NCBI GenBank assembly: GCA_951406725.2
Contig: OX597827.1
Coordinates: 39,928,001 to 39,992,000 of the forward strand
Length of the DNA: 64,000 bases
Origin: Octopus vulgaris
Taxonomy: Eukaryota
Reading direction: 5' to 3'
Each line of letters begins with the position of its first letter. Within the stretch, counting starts at the first letter, position 1. A model generated the notes under the pieces. That model searched no databases, had not been told where the DNA came from, and saw only the letters and a program-made list of their open reading frames with translations. This document shows, piece after piece, positions 62,487 to 64,000 of the stretch. A program made the translations under genes and the position numbers.

Positions 62487-62772
62487 AAAAAATTAACAGA
62501 ATGAGATAAAAATCCAAGGCTGTGAAAGATTTCAGAACAATTATAAATTAGAAGCTGTTTCTGGGATATTCTATATTTCCCTTCATCTCACGTCCATTTT
62601 CACTTCACTCTCTATTTCATATCTTATCTAGAATAACTATTGCTTAACCAATTTCTCACACCATCTCCGATGAAGGGATATATAAAATATCCCGGAAACA
62701 GCTGTAAAACCTATTTATAAATGTTCTGAAATCTTTCACAGCTTTGGATTTTTAACTCATTCTTGTTAATTT
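62487..62772. repeat. Inverted repeat (~100-bp arms) with degenerate hammerhead motifs
   Basis: Arms 62487-62588 and 62669-62772; ccgatga-agggatat..atatccc-ggaaa-cagctg-ta. Confidence 0.8.
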
Positions 62773-62844
62773 ATATATATATAAGGATATGTCTATATAT
62801 ATATATATATATAAGGATATGTCTATATATATATATATATATAA

Positions 62845-62882
<38 letters not shown>

Positions 62883-64000
62883 TTGGGAACTGCTCAAGCA
62901 TTGAACCTGATACCTTAGGTATAAATATTTTTCAAATTAAAGATAAGAAATCAGAGAAATTCGACAATTCAAAAACATTACAATATAAACCAAGCCAAAA
63001 GGAGTAATTATAATATATTTAATGCATCTCTCATTAAAAAGTTCAATATCGAAACAACACTAAAAATATTCAATATCGAAACAATACTAAAAATTTCAAA
63101 ATTACAGACACACCAAAAATATTAAAGATATAATAGACATTATATGTTCGACAAATTATGCAAATCTATGAAAATAAATCAACAATGGTGACAAGCTGGT
63201 ATTTTATAAATAATGTAGAAATAATTTACAGAAACATGTCATTGCACAGAGAACACTGACATATTTTTCACATATCTTTCTGCATGTATCTGTGTCTGGT
63301 GAGCAATAATATTTCTGTGCATATGTGTGTGATGTGTGTGTGTGTGTGTGTGTACATAAGCTTGTCTCATTGTATGTGTGTATAAGGTTTGTCTGTGTAA
63401 ATGCTTATGTGTAAAGATGTGTATAAGTATCTATATGTTTGTGTTTGCATGTGTATGGTGTATGAGTACGCTTGTATGTATGTTAATGTTTGTATGTACC
63501 AGTGTGGATATAATATAAATGTGATATAAGGTGGTGAGCTGACAGAAAACATTAGCATGTCAGGTGCCAGGCGAAATGCTTAGCAGTATTTTGTCTGTCT
63601 TCACATTCTGAGTTCAAATTCTGCCATGGTCAACTTTGCCTTTCATCCTTTTGAGGTCGATAAATTAAGTACCATTTGCATACTGGGGACGATCTAATCA
63701 ATTACCCCCACTCCCCAAAAATTTCAGACCTTATACCTAGAAAAGAATATAAATGTGATATGAATATATTAATTAGGCACAGGCCTGGTGGTGTGGTCAA
63801 GATGTTTACTTTATAGCCAAGGGGTTCTTGGCTTGATCCTACTGTACAGCACCCTGGGCAAGTGTCACCTGCTTTAGCCTTAGTCTGAGCAATATTTTCT
63901 GAGTGGAATTTGGTATATGGGAACTGTGCAGAAGTTCATTAGATATAATATATATGGCTGACCCAGGAAGACATGGGATGAAGTGGTAAGGACTGATCTC

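Overview
AT-rich, microsatellite- and TE-dense animal genomic DNA. The repeat families (tRNA-derived SINEs, RTE-type tails, TA/TATG/TG microsatellites) look like those of Octopus; this is pattern recognition, not a database hit. Two host genes lie on the minus strand: a complete 3-exon NATD1-like GNAT gene (47413-47266, 42246-42122, 27147-27043; 125 aa) and the last exon of HDDC3/MESH1 (60684-60380). The window also holds an intact-ORF2, 5'-truncated CR1-group LINE, two tRNA-like genes (Asp-GTC and an intron-containing Lys-TTT), and remnants of mariner, hAT, piggyBac, MULE, Helitron, Gypsy, RTE and Penelope-like elements. Most notable: (1) a complete type I hammerhead ribozyme fold at 11040-11100, plus related folds in foldback elements; (2) a near-perfect 204-bp inverted copy of the NATD1 exon 2 acceptor region captured inside a hAT MITE in intron 1, a candidate dsRNA/ADAR editing-complementary sequence; (3) a G_GGA_AAC -1 frameshift site that would join LINE ORF1 to an ORF2 with no upstream AUG. 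Coordinates were read by eye; repeat boundaries are approximate.
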